Assembly: GCA_910587735.1 (NCBI GenBank)
Contig: CAJUNT010000003.1
Coordinates: 16,515-80,514 of the forward strand
DNA: 64,000 bases
DNA from: an uncultured Clostridia bacterium
GTDB taxonomy: Bacteria > Bacillota > Clostridia > Lachnospirales > Anaerotignaceae
Reading direction: 5' to 3'
The translations under genes were made by a program, and so were the position numbers. The notes under the pieces were generated by a model, which was given only the letters and a program-made list of their open reading frames with translations, did not search any database and had not been told where the DNA came from. Shown in pieces: positions 42,665 to 51,461 of this stretch (position 1 is its first letter; every line of letters starts with the position of its first letter).

Positions 42665-42775
42665 AATTATTTCGCTGCTTAAAATATATAAAATTGATTG
42701 ATTAAATAGTGTAGTTAAAATAGTTATGGATACTATTTTATACTGAATAAATTTATTTTTGCAGCTTCTCCTTTC
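42665..42775 (-). promoter_or_regulatory. hairpin-interrupted ribosome binding site
   Basis: AAAGGAG at 42774-42768, 92-nt stem-loop closed by GCTGC/GCAGC (42765-42674), then 9 nt to ATG; no SD adjacent to ATG. Confidence 0.55.
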
Positions 42776-42871
42776 ATTTCGTTTTATATTGAATAAAAAA
42801 TGAAGGAACTATTGCAGTTCCTCCATTTTCTATTATTGTATTACAATGAAGTGAACAACATTGCTATGTAA

Positions 42872-44359
42872 TTATGCATTGTCATAATCTCTTTCCATAT
42901 TGATAAGTGAAAGGTCAAAATCGCCTAATGCTTCTAAACTGTTTGCAGAAGTAGCAGATTTTCCATATTGTGTAACATCATTAATTCCTTTTGTTGTGTG
43001 ACACATAGAAGAAGCACCACCAGTACAGCCGTTTTTACACGCCATACCTTCTATAAAGTTACCATTCAATTTACCAACAGAAGCAAGACGTAATGCTTTT
43101 GCACATTCATCTAAACCATTGCAGCGTACAGGGTGTATCTCAACATCAATATTTTGAATTTCTTTTGCCTGTACAACACCCTCTGTTACACCACCAGTTC
43201 TACCAAATACTCTGCCATAGTAAGAAGAATTTCCAAGAGGCATTTCTTCTAATGTACCAATATTGATATTTCTAGCATCTAATACAGATTGTAATTCTTC
43301 AAATGTTAATACAATATCAACAGCATCTTTAATATCATTTTGTTTAATTTCTACCTTTTTAGCTGTACAAGGACCTATAAATACAATTTTTGCATCTGGA
43401 TGCTGATATTTAATCATTCTGGAAACAGCAACCATAGGAGAAACCGCAGTAGATACATGAGGCATCAACTGTGGATAATGACGTTTTACAAAGTCTACAA
43501 AGGCAGGACAACAAGAAGATGTTTTCCAACCTTTTTCTTCTATTGTTTCTGCAAATTCTTTTGCTTCATAAAGAGAAACCATATCTGCACCAAGCGCAGC
43601 CTCTGCTATATCATAAAAACCTAAATTTTTAATAGCAGTAAATACCTGTCCGAGTTTATATTCTGGGAACTGACTGGCGATTGCTGGCGCAACAACAGCA
43701 AATACTTTATAACTAGTATTGTTCCAAGAATTTTTAATCAATGAAAGCGCATCTTTTATAAATGTTTTGTCTACAATCGCACCAAAAGGACACTGATATA
43801 CACAAGAACCACAAGAAACACATTTTGTATGGTCAATTTCTGATTTACGATTGTCGTCTACGGAAACCGCACTGACAGGACAGGCACGAACACAAGGACG
43901 TTTTACCTCACTTATGGCATTAAAAGGACAAACCTCTTTACATCTACCACATTCAATACAGATTTCTTGATTGATATAAGAACGATGGTTCACGATTGTA
44001 ATAGCGTGCTTTGGACAAACTTCTTGACATTTGTGTCCCAAACAACCACGGCATGCCTCTGTTACAACAAAGCGGTCAATAGGACATTCATCACAAGCAG
44101 AATCTAAAACATTAATGACTCTATCATCTTTTGCTGGATTTAATGCAAGACTTACACGGTCTTCAATAATGTGACGCTCTTTATAAATACAGCAGCGGAA
44201 TATTGCTTTTGGACCTGGTATAATGGATTTTGCAATATCTTGATAATATTCATCTTGTTCTGTGAGAGTACCTTGAAAGAAACGAGATGCAATTTCTTTG
44301 TTCACAAGATACTTAATATATTCTACATTACTATCAAAATGTTTCATAAAATTATACAC
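42872..44359 (-). CDS. monomeric [FeFe] hydrogenase (group B-like) with N-terminal 4Fe-4S domains
   Basis: H-cluster motifs TSSCCP, GPCTAKKVE, EGMACKNGCTGG; several CxxCxxCxxxCP. Confidence 0.9.
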   Translation of the reverse strand: MYNFMKHFDSNVEYIKYLVNKEIASRFFQGTLTEQDEYYQDIAKSIIPGPKAIFRCCIYKERHIIEDRVSLALNPAKDDRVINVLDSACDECPIDRFVVTEACRGCLGHKCQEVCPKHAITIVNHRSYINQEICIECGRCKEVCPFNAISEVKRPCVRACPVSAVSVDDNRKSEIDHTKCVSCGSCVYQCPFGAIVDKTFIKDALSLIKNSWNNTSYKVFAVVAPAIASQFPEYKLGQVFTAIKNLGFYDIAEAALGADMVSLYEAKEFAETIEEKGWKTSSCCPAFVDFVKRHYPQLMPHVSTAVSPMVAVSRMIKYQHPDAKIVFIGPCTAKKVEIKQNDIKDAVDIVLTFEELQSVLDARNINIGTLEEMPLGNSSYYGRVFGRTGGVTEGVVQAKEIQNIDVEIHPVRCNGLDECAKALRLASVGKLNGNFIEGMACKNGCTGGASSMCHTTKGINDVTQYGKSATSANSLEALGDFDLSLINMERDYDNA

Positions 44360-44515
44360 TCCCTATTCTTTAATATTAAATGTTTAGACAAATAGTTATA
44401 AAAAAAAGTATTGTATAGGTGTATTATAAGGTATGTGCTAGATTCTGTCAAAGAAAAGCTGATATAATTTTGCAACAAAAAAACAGAGCCATATTTGTAT
44501 GACTCTGTATAAATT

Positions 44516-45061
44516 TTATTGCTCCATTTGTTTACCCAAAAATCCAGCGGCGGATTGTGCTAATTTGCCTTCCAATTCACCCATTTTTTTATCTTGTGAA
44601 AGGAATATAACAGCACCCATGACATCGCCTTCTGATATAATTGGTGTGATAAGCTGATAATTATAATTTTCTGTTTCATTATCTTGTAGCATAGGGATAA
44701 AAGTATTTTCTTTTCTGTCTGCAATAACGGTAGTTCTTTGGTTGATGCATTGTTCCAATTCGCCACTGATATGTTTTTCAAAAAACTCTTTTTTACTACC
44801 ACCAGAAACAGCAATGATTTGGTCTTTATCTACAATGCAAGTAAGATGTCCAGCGGTTTGCGCTAATGACTCGGCATACTCACGAGCAAAAGCACCTAAT
44901 TCTCCAATAGGGGAATATTTTTTTAATATGATTTCGCCTTCTCTGTCTGTAAATATTTCTAAGGGGTCGCCCTCTCTAATTCTCAATGTTCTTCTGATTT
45001 CTTTTGGTATTACAACTCTACCTAAGTCATCAATTCTTCTCACAATGCCTGTTGCTTTCAT
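44516..45061 (-). CDS. spoVT: stage V sporulation protein T
   Basis: MKATGIVRRIDDLGRVVIPKEIRR AbrB-like domain plus GAF C-terminus; sigG-like GTATA..AAATACTA upstream. Confidence 0.96.
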   Translation of the reverse strand: MKATGIVRRIDDLGRVVIPKEIRRTLRIREGDPLEIFTDREGEIILKKYSPIGELGAFAREYAESLAQTAGHLTCIVDKDQIIAVSGGSKKEFFEKHISGELEQCINQRTTVIADRKENTFIPMLQDNETENYNYQLITPIISEGDVMGAVIFLSQDKKMGELEGKLAQSAAGFLGKQMEQ

Positions 45062-45255
45062 GATAATTTCCTCCTATTTTATAACGGCAGTAAATCACCG
45101 CTTTTTTTGTATTATATTTTTTGACAATAGTATTTGTAAAACTGCAAAATTTATACAAAATTTATGATATGGATTTTTTTGGAAAAAATAAAAAAGTGCT
45201 TTACAAAAAGTATATTGCATTAATAAAGGAAGAAAGACACAAAAACATTACAAAA

Positions 45256-45327
45256 GTTACAGCAAGTTTACAGTTATGTTACAATATAAGCAAAACTATT
45301 GCACAGAAAAAAGGTATCGGTTATAAT
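45256..45327 (+). promoter_or_regulatory. upstream sigmaA promoter P1 of surface protein gene with WalR-type repeats
   Basis: TTGCAC (45299-45304)-N17-TATAAT (45322-45327); TGTAA(A/C) hexamers at 11-bp period on minus strand at 45256-45283. Confidence 0.65.
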
Positions 45328-45419
45328 GTGTTCAGCAAAGGGGAAAACAAGCCAAATGCTAACAGACTGTATACCGGGGGGCGTCGGAAGTACGCCAAGT
45401 GCAAAATAGGATTTGAAAT

Positions 45420-45480
45420 ATTACAGTACTGTTACACTTAGTTGATAAGTATTGACGAAAAAAAACAACAATGCTATAAT
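45420..45480 (+). promoter_or_regulatory. sigmaA promoter P2 of surface protein gene with WalR-type box
   Basis: TTGACG (45452-45457)-N17-TGcTATAAT (-10 at 45475-45480); TGTAAC-N5-TGTAAT on minus strand at 45420-45436. Confidence 0.75.
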
Positions 45481-45599
45481 TCAACTTGTATCAAGGGGCT
45501 ACCCTTTGAGAGGGGCTTGGTAAGAAAGCCTAGTTTAAAAATACTCTACACGAAAACAACAAACAAATGGTTTTATAATTAAAAGGAGGAACTAACGAC

Positions 45600-48500
45600 A
45601 TGAAAAAGTTTATTTCATTTGCTTTAGCAGCTTCTATGGCACTCAGCATGGTACCTGCTACAGCATTTGCAGCAAGTGATTTGACAGCTTCTCACTCTAA
45701 CATAAGAGTAACAGCTAACACAGAATTTTATCCTAAAAAAGTAGCAGACGCAGACGCAAGTTTGACAACAAGAGAAGTACCATACATTTTGCTGGAAGCA
45801 ACAACAGATTTTAAATATGATGAACAAACATTTGAATTGGCATTAGAAAATGCTGAATGGTTGGAAAGAAAAGACGATGGTGACATATTATTCGTTGAAA
45901 CAGATGAATATATGACAGGCGAAGACGGTGTTAAATTTAAACCAGCAGGTTCTACAACAACAGACCCTGGCACAACACCTACACCAACACCAGGCGCACC
46001 AACTGTACAACAAGCTGAAACAGCTTACAAAAAAGCAGTAAAAAGCTTAGTAGATGCAAAAGACGCTTATGACAAAGCTATGGCTGGTAATGCAGAATAT
46101 TTAGCAGCTAAAAAAGCTTATGATGAAGCTAAAGCAGAAGCAGATGCAGCAGCAGACAAGGTAAAAGAAGAACAACAAAAGGCAGCAGATGCACAAAAAG
46201 AACTTCAAGATGCAGAAGGTGCAGAAGCAGCAGCAGAAGCAGCTAAACAAGTAAGAAAAACTGACACATATCAGAAACACTTGAAAAACTTGCTTTTAGA
46301 TACTGTTTCATTGGATGATCTTACATCAGAAGATACAGCATTGGGTGTTAAATATTATAGTACTGCAGATAGTGCAAAATACTTTACTGCAGCTCCTACA
46401 GCAGGTGATTCAGCATATGGTGAAGTTTTAAGTGTAAGCGCATTATATTTACAAGATGATAGTGGATCTGCAGCTTCCGGAACTGATTTTTATTTTATAC
46501 AATTAAGTTCAAAAGGTGTAGCAGATCTTAGTGGCACAAGTTCAGTATGGTTAGCAACTGCTGGTGCTGGTACTGCAATAACAACTAAAGTAATAACTCA
46601 AGGTGCTTCTGCAGCATTAGCAGCAGATAGTGTTACATTATCGGCAGATGATATTGAATCTGGTATTTCAGGTGGTTATATTGAACTTAGTGCTGAAGGT
46701 GACAAAAAGGATAGAGCAAATGCAAACAAGAGAAAGTTTGTACAAGATGCATTAGATTATTTGCCAACAACAGAAACTGGTATTCAAAATGCGATAGATG
46801 CAGTTTTAAGTGAGGCAGAAATTCAAGCATTAAGAGATATAGCAGATGAAGCAGAAGCAAACATTGGTATTGCACAAATTAAAGCAGATCAAGCCGCTAA
46901 AAAAGCAGAAGAAGCTAAAAAAGCATTGGATGCTTTGGGTGCAGCAGACCTTGATAAAGTTCAGGCTGACTTTGATGCATTGGTTAAAGCAAGAGAAGAT
47001 GCAGGTATTGATTACTTGTTAGCAGTGAAAAATGCTACAGGTGGTGAAGTTACAGCTGGAGCAGCTTCTATTACTGCACTTGGAACTTTTGATACAGATG
47101 CAGGTATTACTGCAGGTGATACAGCATTAGCAATTACACCAGCACAATGGGTAAGTAAATATAATTCTGCTGTAGCAGCTGCAAAAGCTAAAGGTATCGT
47201 TCTTGGCTCTTACACAGCAGCAGTTGGAACTGAAACATTAACAGTTGAAGTTACAAAGAAATCTGACAGCAGAATCATTGTTCATACAAGCGGTTACAGA
47301 TTTAAAGATGGCGATGTATTAAGCATTCCTTTGTTCGTAAGAACAACAGGCGGAACAGCAAGCGTATCTATTGATTCTCTTGACTCCGAATTTACAAGCC
47401 AAGGCAAAACATTTGCTAAAACAGCTGATGGTGACACAGAATTGAGCATCGAAAAAGTACAAAACTTCTATGATGATGATGAAGTGAAAAACTTGTACTT
47501 AGAAGAACTCGTTGCTGGCACAATCGAACCAGGAAAATACATCTCTTTACGTGTAAATGGCGACTTCAATTTGAAAGCTGCTAAAGATGGTGTTAAAGTA
47601 ACAAGAATTACTGGTGACGGTGGCACAGATGTAAAAGTATACAAAAAAGATGGCGACAACAAATATGTAGCATTTGAACCAGGCGATGAAGCTGATGAAA
47701 TCTATCTTTATGTAGAAGGTACAGCAAAATCTACAAAAGCTACACAATATAGAATTCAAGGCTTGAAAATTGTTGAAGACGGCGCAGATTTCGGTGATGA
47801 AGCTTCTATCACAGTAAGCGGTGGCGGCACAAGCAAACAAACAATCAAAATTGGTAACTACGAAGACTTCGGTGTTAAATTAACAGCAGAAGACAAAGAC
47901 CTTCCAGTTATCTATGCTGGTGCAATGGCTAACAGCAAATATGACAACCAAACATTGAAAGTAACAATTGAAGAAACAGTTGCTAACTCTTTCATTGATA
48001 ATAGAAAAATGGAAATCACATTGCCAGAAGGTGTTGAATTCGTAAACGATAGCGGCAAGAGAGGCGCTGCACCAGATAGCATTGATGATGTAACAGAAGA
48101 TTTCAAAGTATACAACTTTGCAGGAAGCGAAAGCGATGTTAAGAAAGCTATGACATTGAATGACAATGGTACAAAGATTACTATCAGTGGTAAAGATTTG
48201 CCAGATGCTTCCGGTACAAACAAAGACAGAAAGAGAAAAATTGAATTCAGCGTACACGTATCTGCAGAAGCAGACTTCACAGGCGATGTTGTTATGACAT
48301 TGGGTGGACCTGGTGTTGCTGACAAAAATGTAAGTGCAACAGTTGCAACTGTTAAAGCTCCTATTGAAGTTAGAACAGCTGTAAATGAATTGAAAATTGA
48401 CTATAGAAACACAGAAATCGCTGATATCACATTGGTAGAGCCAGAAGCTGGATTATGGGCTAAAGATGACATTATCAATTTGGAAGGCGAAAGAATGAGC

Positions 48501-49262
48501 TTCGAAAGTGGCGCTAAAGCTGAAGTTGTAAATGGCGACATGAAACTTGACAAATATGACGGAGATTACATTGATGTAAACGATGGCGTATTGTCTGTAA
48601 AAGTTAGCAGCAGAAGCTCCAAAACACCTGCAGAAATCAAAATTTCTGGATTGTCATTATACATGGACAGAAGTCTTGCAGCAGGTAACTACAAATTGAA
48701 AGTATTCGGTGAAGCTAAAAACGAATTCTTCATGAACAACTACGATAAAGATGGCGATGACTTTGCTAACGTATTTGAAACACAAAAAGTTACTGTAATG
48801 GATGACTTTGTAAAAATCGTAACAGCAGGTCGTGATAAAGACGATGCTACATTTACAACAAAAATCGTTGTACCTGTAGGCGGAGATACAATCACAGCTG
48901 GAACAAAAGAAATCAAATTGAGTGAAATGCAAGGCGGCGCTTGCCCTCCAGCATACATCAACAATGATGGTTACACAATGTTACCAGTTAGAGCCGTAGT
49001 AGAAGCTTTGAACGAAATCGCAACAGTAAGATGGGATGACGCTACAAAGACATGTACAATCGGATTTGGTCAGAGAGTATTCTCCATGACAGTTGGAAGC
49101 AAAGTTCTTAACTTGAATGGTGTATCTACAGCATTGAATGCAGCTCCAGAAAACAAAGATGGTCGTGTATTCTTACCATTGAGAGACCTTGGATATGCAT
49201 TAGGATTGTCTGACAGCCAAATCTCTTGGGATTCTACAACACAAACAGCTCAGTTGAACTAA
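45600..49262 (+). CDS. major cell-surface (S-layer-like) protein with C-terminal copper amine oxidase N-terminal-like domain
   Basis: Signal peptide ending AFA; high-expression codons (AAC, TTC, TAC, ATC); Ala-rich coiled coils; beta-rich repeats; TMLPVRAV..WD and GRVFLPLR..WD; strong promoter, RBS and terminator. Confidence 0.85.
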   Translation: MKKFISFALAASMALSMVPATAFAASDLTASHSNIRVTANTEFYPKKVADADASLTTREVPYILLEATTDFKYDEQTFELALENAEWLERKDDGDILFVETDEYMTGEDGVKFKPAGSTTTDPGTTPTPTPGAPTVQQAETAYKKAVKSLVDAKDAYDKAMAGNAEYLAAKKAYDEAKAEADAAADKVKEEQQKAADAQKELQDAEGAEAAAEAAKQVRKTDTYQKHLKNLLLDTVSLDDLTSEDTALGVKYYSTADSAKYFTAAPTAGDSAYGEVLSVSALYLQDDSGSAASGTDFYFIQLSSKGVADLSGTSSVWLATAGAGTAITTKVITQGASAALAADSVTLSADDIESGISGGYIELSAEGDKKDRANANKRKFVQDALDYLPTTETGIQNAIDAVLSEAEIQALRDIADEAEANIGIAQIKADQAAKKAEEAKKALDALGAADLDKVQADFDALVKAREDAGIDYLLAVKNATGGEVTAGAASITALGTFDTDAGITAGDTALAITPAQWVSKYNSAVAAAKAKGIVLGSYTAAVGTETLTVEVTKKSDSRIIVHTSGYRFKDGDVLSIPLFVRTTGGTASVSIDSLDSEFTSQGKTFAKTADGDTELSIEKVQNFYDDDEVKNLYLEELVAGTIEPGKYISLRVNGDFNLKAAKDGVKVTRITGDGGTDVKVYKKDGDNKYVAFEPGDEADEIYLYVEGTAKSTKATQYRIQGLKIVEDGADFGDEASITVSGGGTSKQTIKIGNYEDFGVKLTAEDKDLPVIYAGAMANSKYDNQTLKVTIEETVANSFIDNRKMEITLPEGVEFVNDSGKRGAAPDSIDDVTEDFKVYNFAGSESDVKKAMTLNDNGTKITISGKDLPDASGTNKDRKRKIEFSVHVSAEADFTGDVVMTLGGPGVADKNVSATVATVKAPIEVRTAVNELKIDYRNTEIADITLVEPEAGLWAKDDIINLEGERMSFESGAKAEVVNGDMKLDKYDGDYIDVNDGVLSVKVSSRSSKTPAEIKISGLSLYMDRSLAAGNYKLKVFGEAKNEFFMNNYDKDGDDFANVFETQKVTVMDDFVKIVTAGRDKDDATFTTKIVVPVGGDTITAGTKEIKLSEMQGGACPPAYINNDGYTMLPVRAVVEALNEIATVRWDDATKTCTIGFGQRVFSMTVGSKVLNLNGVSTALNAAPENKDGRVFLPLRDLGYALGLSDSQISWDSTTQTAQLN

Positions 49263-49298
49263 TTTGAAAAAAAGTTCAGTGAAATAAAATAAAATTGG

Positions 49299-49333
49299 GG
49301 CGGTGACGTATGTCACCGCCTTGGTTTGTTTTT
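49299..49333 (+). terminator. strong intrinsic terminator
   Basis: GGCGGTGAC-GTAT-GTCACCGCC followed by T-rich tract. Confidence 0.85.
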
Positions 49334-49440
49334 CAAAAAAAAAGTTTGGAAATATTTACTATTAAAAATTTGTGAATTATTGAAGACTATACACAATAAA
49401 AGTCGTATAATGAAAAAGAACAAAGAAGGGAGGAAACACT

Positions 49441-50190
49441 ATGAAAAATTGGAAATCTGTTTTAATTGGATTCGCTGCAGGCACTATGTGTATGGCAACA
49501 ACACCCGCTTTTGCTGGTATTTATAAGGCGGTACAGGCTCAGCTTATGCCTGACGTTTTATTTGATATTGATGGTAAAGTGGTTGGCTCTCCGTCTAATC
49601 AGCCAGTTGTAAATTATAATGGTTATATTTATGTGCCGATTCGATTCATTGCGGATTCTCTGGATTGTGAAATCGCTTTTGACCCTGTTACAAAACGTGT
49701 TAAAATTGTATCTCCAGAACCTGAAGTAATAGAAAAAGTGGTGGAAAAGGAAATTGAAAAAATTGTTTATGTAGACCAAAGTGATGACCCGGATTATGTG
49801 GTATATAATAAATTGCCTGTAACTGTTTACAGAGATGGATACAAAATTGCTTTGAGAACAATTATGATGGACGATAAAGATGGTGGCGGTAAAAAAAGAA
49901 CCAGAACATATTTGACTGTCGAAAATACTGACATTAGTAAGGTGAGTCTAATGCCTTATGATGCAAAATTGACATTGGATGGCGTAGAATATGATGTATC
50001 TACTAGCGGCGGCGGTCGCTGGGAAGATAACTGGGACGAAACTATTAGAAAAGAAGAAGAAAAAGAAGGCTATTTATTATTTGATGGTGTGGATTATGAT
50101 TACTCTAAAGGTACATTGGAATTCCAAATGCGTGTAAATGATGATTCAGGTGATACCATTGAAGATATTAGAATTGATTTTAAAAAATAA
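49441..50190 (+). CDS. secreted stalk-domain (copper amine oxidase N-terminal-like) protein
   Basis: Signal peptide; YNGYIYVPIRFIADSL; GGGAGG RBS. Confidence 0.82.
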   Translation: MKNWKSVLIGFAAGTMCMATTPAFAGIYKAVQAQLMPDVLFDIDGKVVGSPSNQPVVNYNGYIYVPIRFIADSLDCEIAFDPVTKRVKIVSPEPEVIEKVVEKEIEKIVYVDQSDDPDYVVYNKLPVTVYRDGYKIALRTIMMDDKDGGGKKRTRTYLTVENTDISKVSLMPYDAKLTLDGVEYDVSTSGGGRWEDNWDETIRKEEEKEGYLLFDGVDYDYSKGTLEFQMRVNDDSGDTIEDIRIDFKK

Positions 50191-50203
50191 GGTGTGGTGA
50201 AAA

Positions 50204-51334
50204 ATGAAAAAATGTTTTTTGTCTGTTTCTAAAATCATTTCAGTAGTGCTTTGTGTAAGCGTTTTGATGGGTAATGTGGTTTTTGGTGCAGAAAAAAAAG
50301 ATAAAATATTGGATATTAAAACATTGGATTATGAAACCGCTGTTGATATGGCAATTAAAAGCGATTCCTCTTTGAAAAAGATTGCTGACCAGATTGATGT
50401 AACATTGAAAAATAGAGAGGATATGTTTATGGGTGACGTGCGCCCTGGTAGTTCTTCTCAGTTGGTTGTGCTGAGCGCACAGAGATTGGCTTATTTAAGC
50501 GGTATTCATTCTCTGGACGCAAGTTATCGTATTTCTGAAATTACAGAGGATGTTACAAAAATTGGTATTCGTGCCGCAGTGAAAAATTCTTTTTCTACAA
50601 TTACATTGAATCAAAGTAAATTGGAATTGTTGAAAAAAAATTATGATTTGCAAAGACAACTTTTGGCACAGGCTACATTGAAAAATCAAGTAGGCATGAT
50701 GAGCAAAAAGGATTTACAAGATTTAGATAGACAAACTCAACAAATGGCTGAACAAATTAGACAATTACAAATGAGTATTGATAATGCATATATTGCTTTA
50801 AATGATTTAATTGGTGTTGCACCAGAAGATAGATATGAAATTATCAATGATGTAGAGTATACACCTCTTGAAATGAATATGAGTATTGATATGTATGTAA
50901 GTAGAAAACTTTCTACTGACCAATCTTTACAGATGCAACAAATTGCAGTGGAAAATGCAGAATTTTCAGCAAAAACAATATCATTAGGTACAACAGGCTC
51001 TGAACATAGAACAAGTGAATTGGAAGCAACAAATACTGCAAGAGATTATAAAAATGCAAAAGAAAGCAAAGAAAAAAGTATTAGAGAGGCATATATACAA
51101 TTACAACAATTAGAATCTATGAGAAAAAATTTGTTGACAGATTTAGAAAAAGCAAAATCAGATTTGGAAAAGGTAACTGTGAATTATAATGTGGGAAATG
51201 TTACTGAAATTACATTGAAACAAGCAGGATTAGCAGTTGACAGTATTGAAAATAGCCTTTTGGAAAATACATTAAATCATGATTTGCTTATGTTTACATT
51301 TGATAATACTTGTGTATTAGGCAGTGCAAGCTAA
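50204..51334 (+). CDS. TolC-like secreted alpha-helical protein
   Basis: Signal peptide; LDYETAVDMA and two repeated helical halves (VGMMSKKDL / VGNVTEITL) resembling outer-membrane efflux repeats. Confidence 0.7.
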   Translation: MKKCFLSVSKIISVVLCVSVLMGNVVFGAEKKDKILDIKTLDYETAVDMAIKSDSSLKKIADQIDVTLKNREDMFMGDVRPGSSSQLVVLSAQRLAYLSGIHSLDASYRISEITEDVTKIGIRAAVKNSFSTITLNQSKLELLKKNYDLQRQLLAQATLKNQVGMMSKKDLQDLDRQTQQMAEQIRQLQMSIDNAYIALNDLIGVAPEDRYEIINDVEYTPLEMNMSIDMYVSRKLSTDQSLQMQQIAVENAEFSAKTISLGTTGSEHRTSELEATNTARDYKNAKESKEKSIREAYIQLQQLESMRKNLLTDLEKAKSDLEKVTVNYNVGNVTEITLKQAGLAVDSIENSLLENTLNHDLLMFTFDNTCVLGSAS

Positions 51335-51461
51335 AAACAATATTATAATGATATTATAAAAAGAACAAGAATATTTATCTTGTTCTTTTTTTATGAAAAA
51401 ATTACATATTTTTAATGATTTGGCAAAAGCTAATAAAAAGTATGTAAAGTAGGTGATGTCC

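Noticed and set aside
45121..45441. 106-aa ORF upstream of the surface protein gene
   Set aside because: No RBS; overlaps promoters and regulator boxes
45624..48964. Many antisense ORFs inside the surface protein gene
   Set aside because: Shadow ORFs from biased codon usage; the same applies to antisense ORFs in other genes
49326..49526. 66-aa ORF overlapping the stalk-domain gene
   Set aside because: Starts in the terminator tail and is out of frame with the well-supported ORF at 49441
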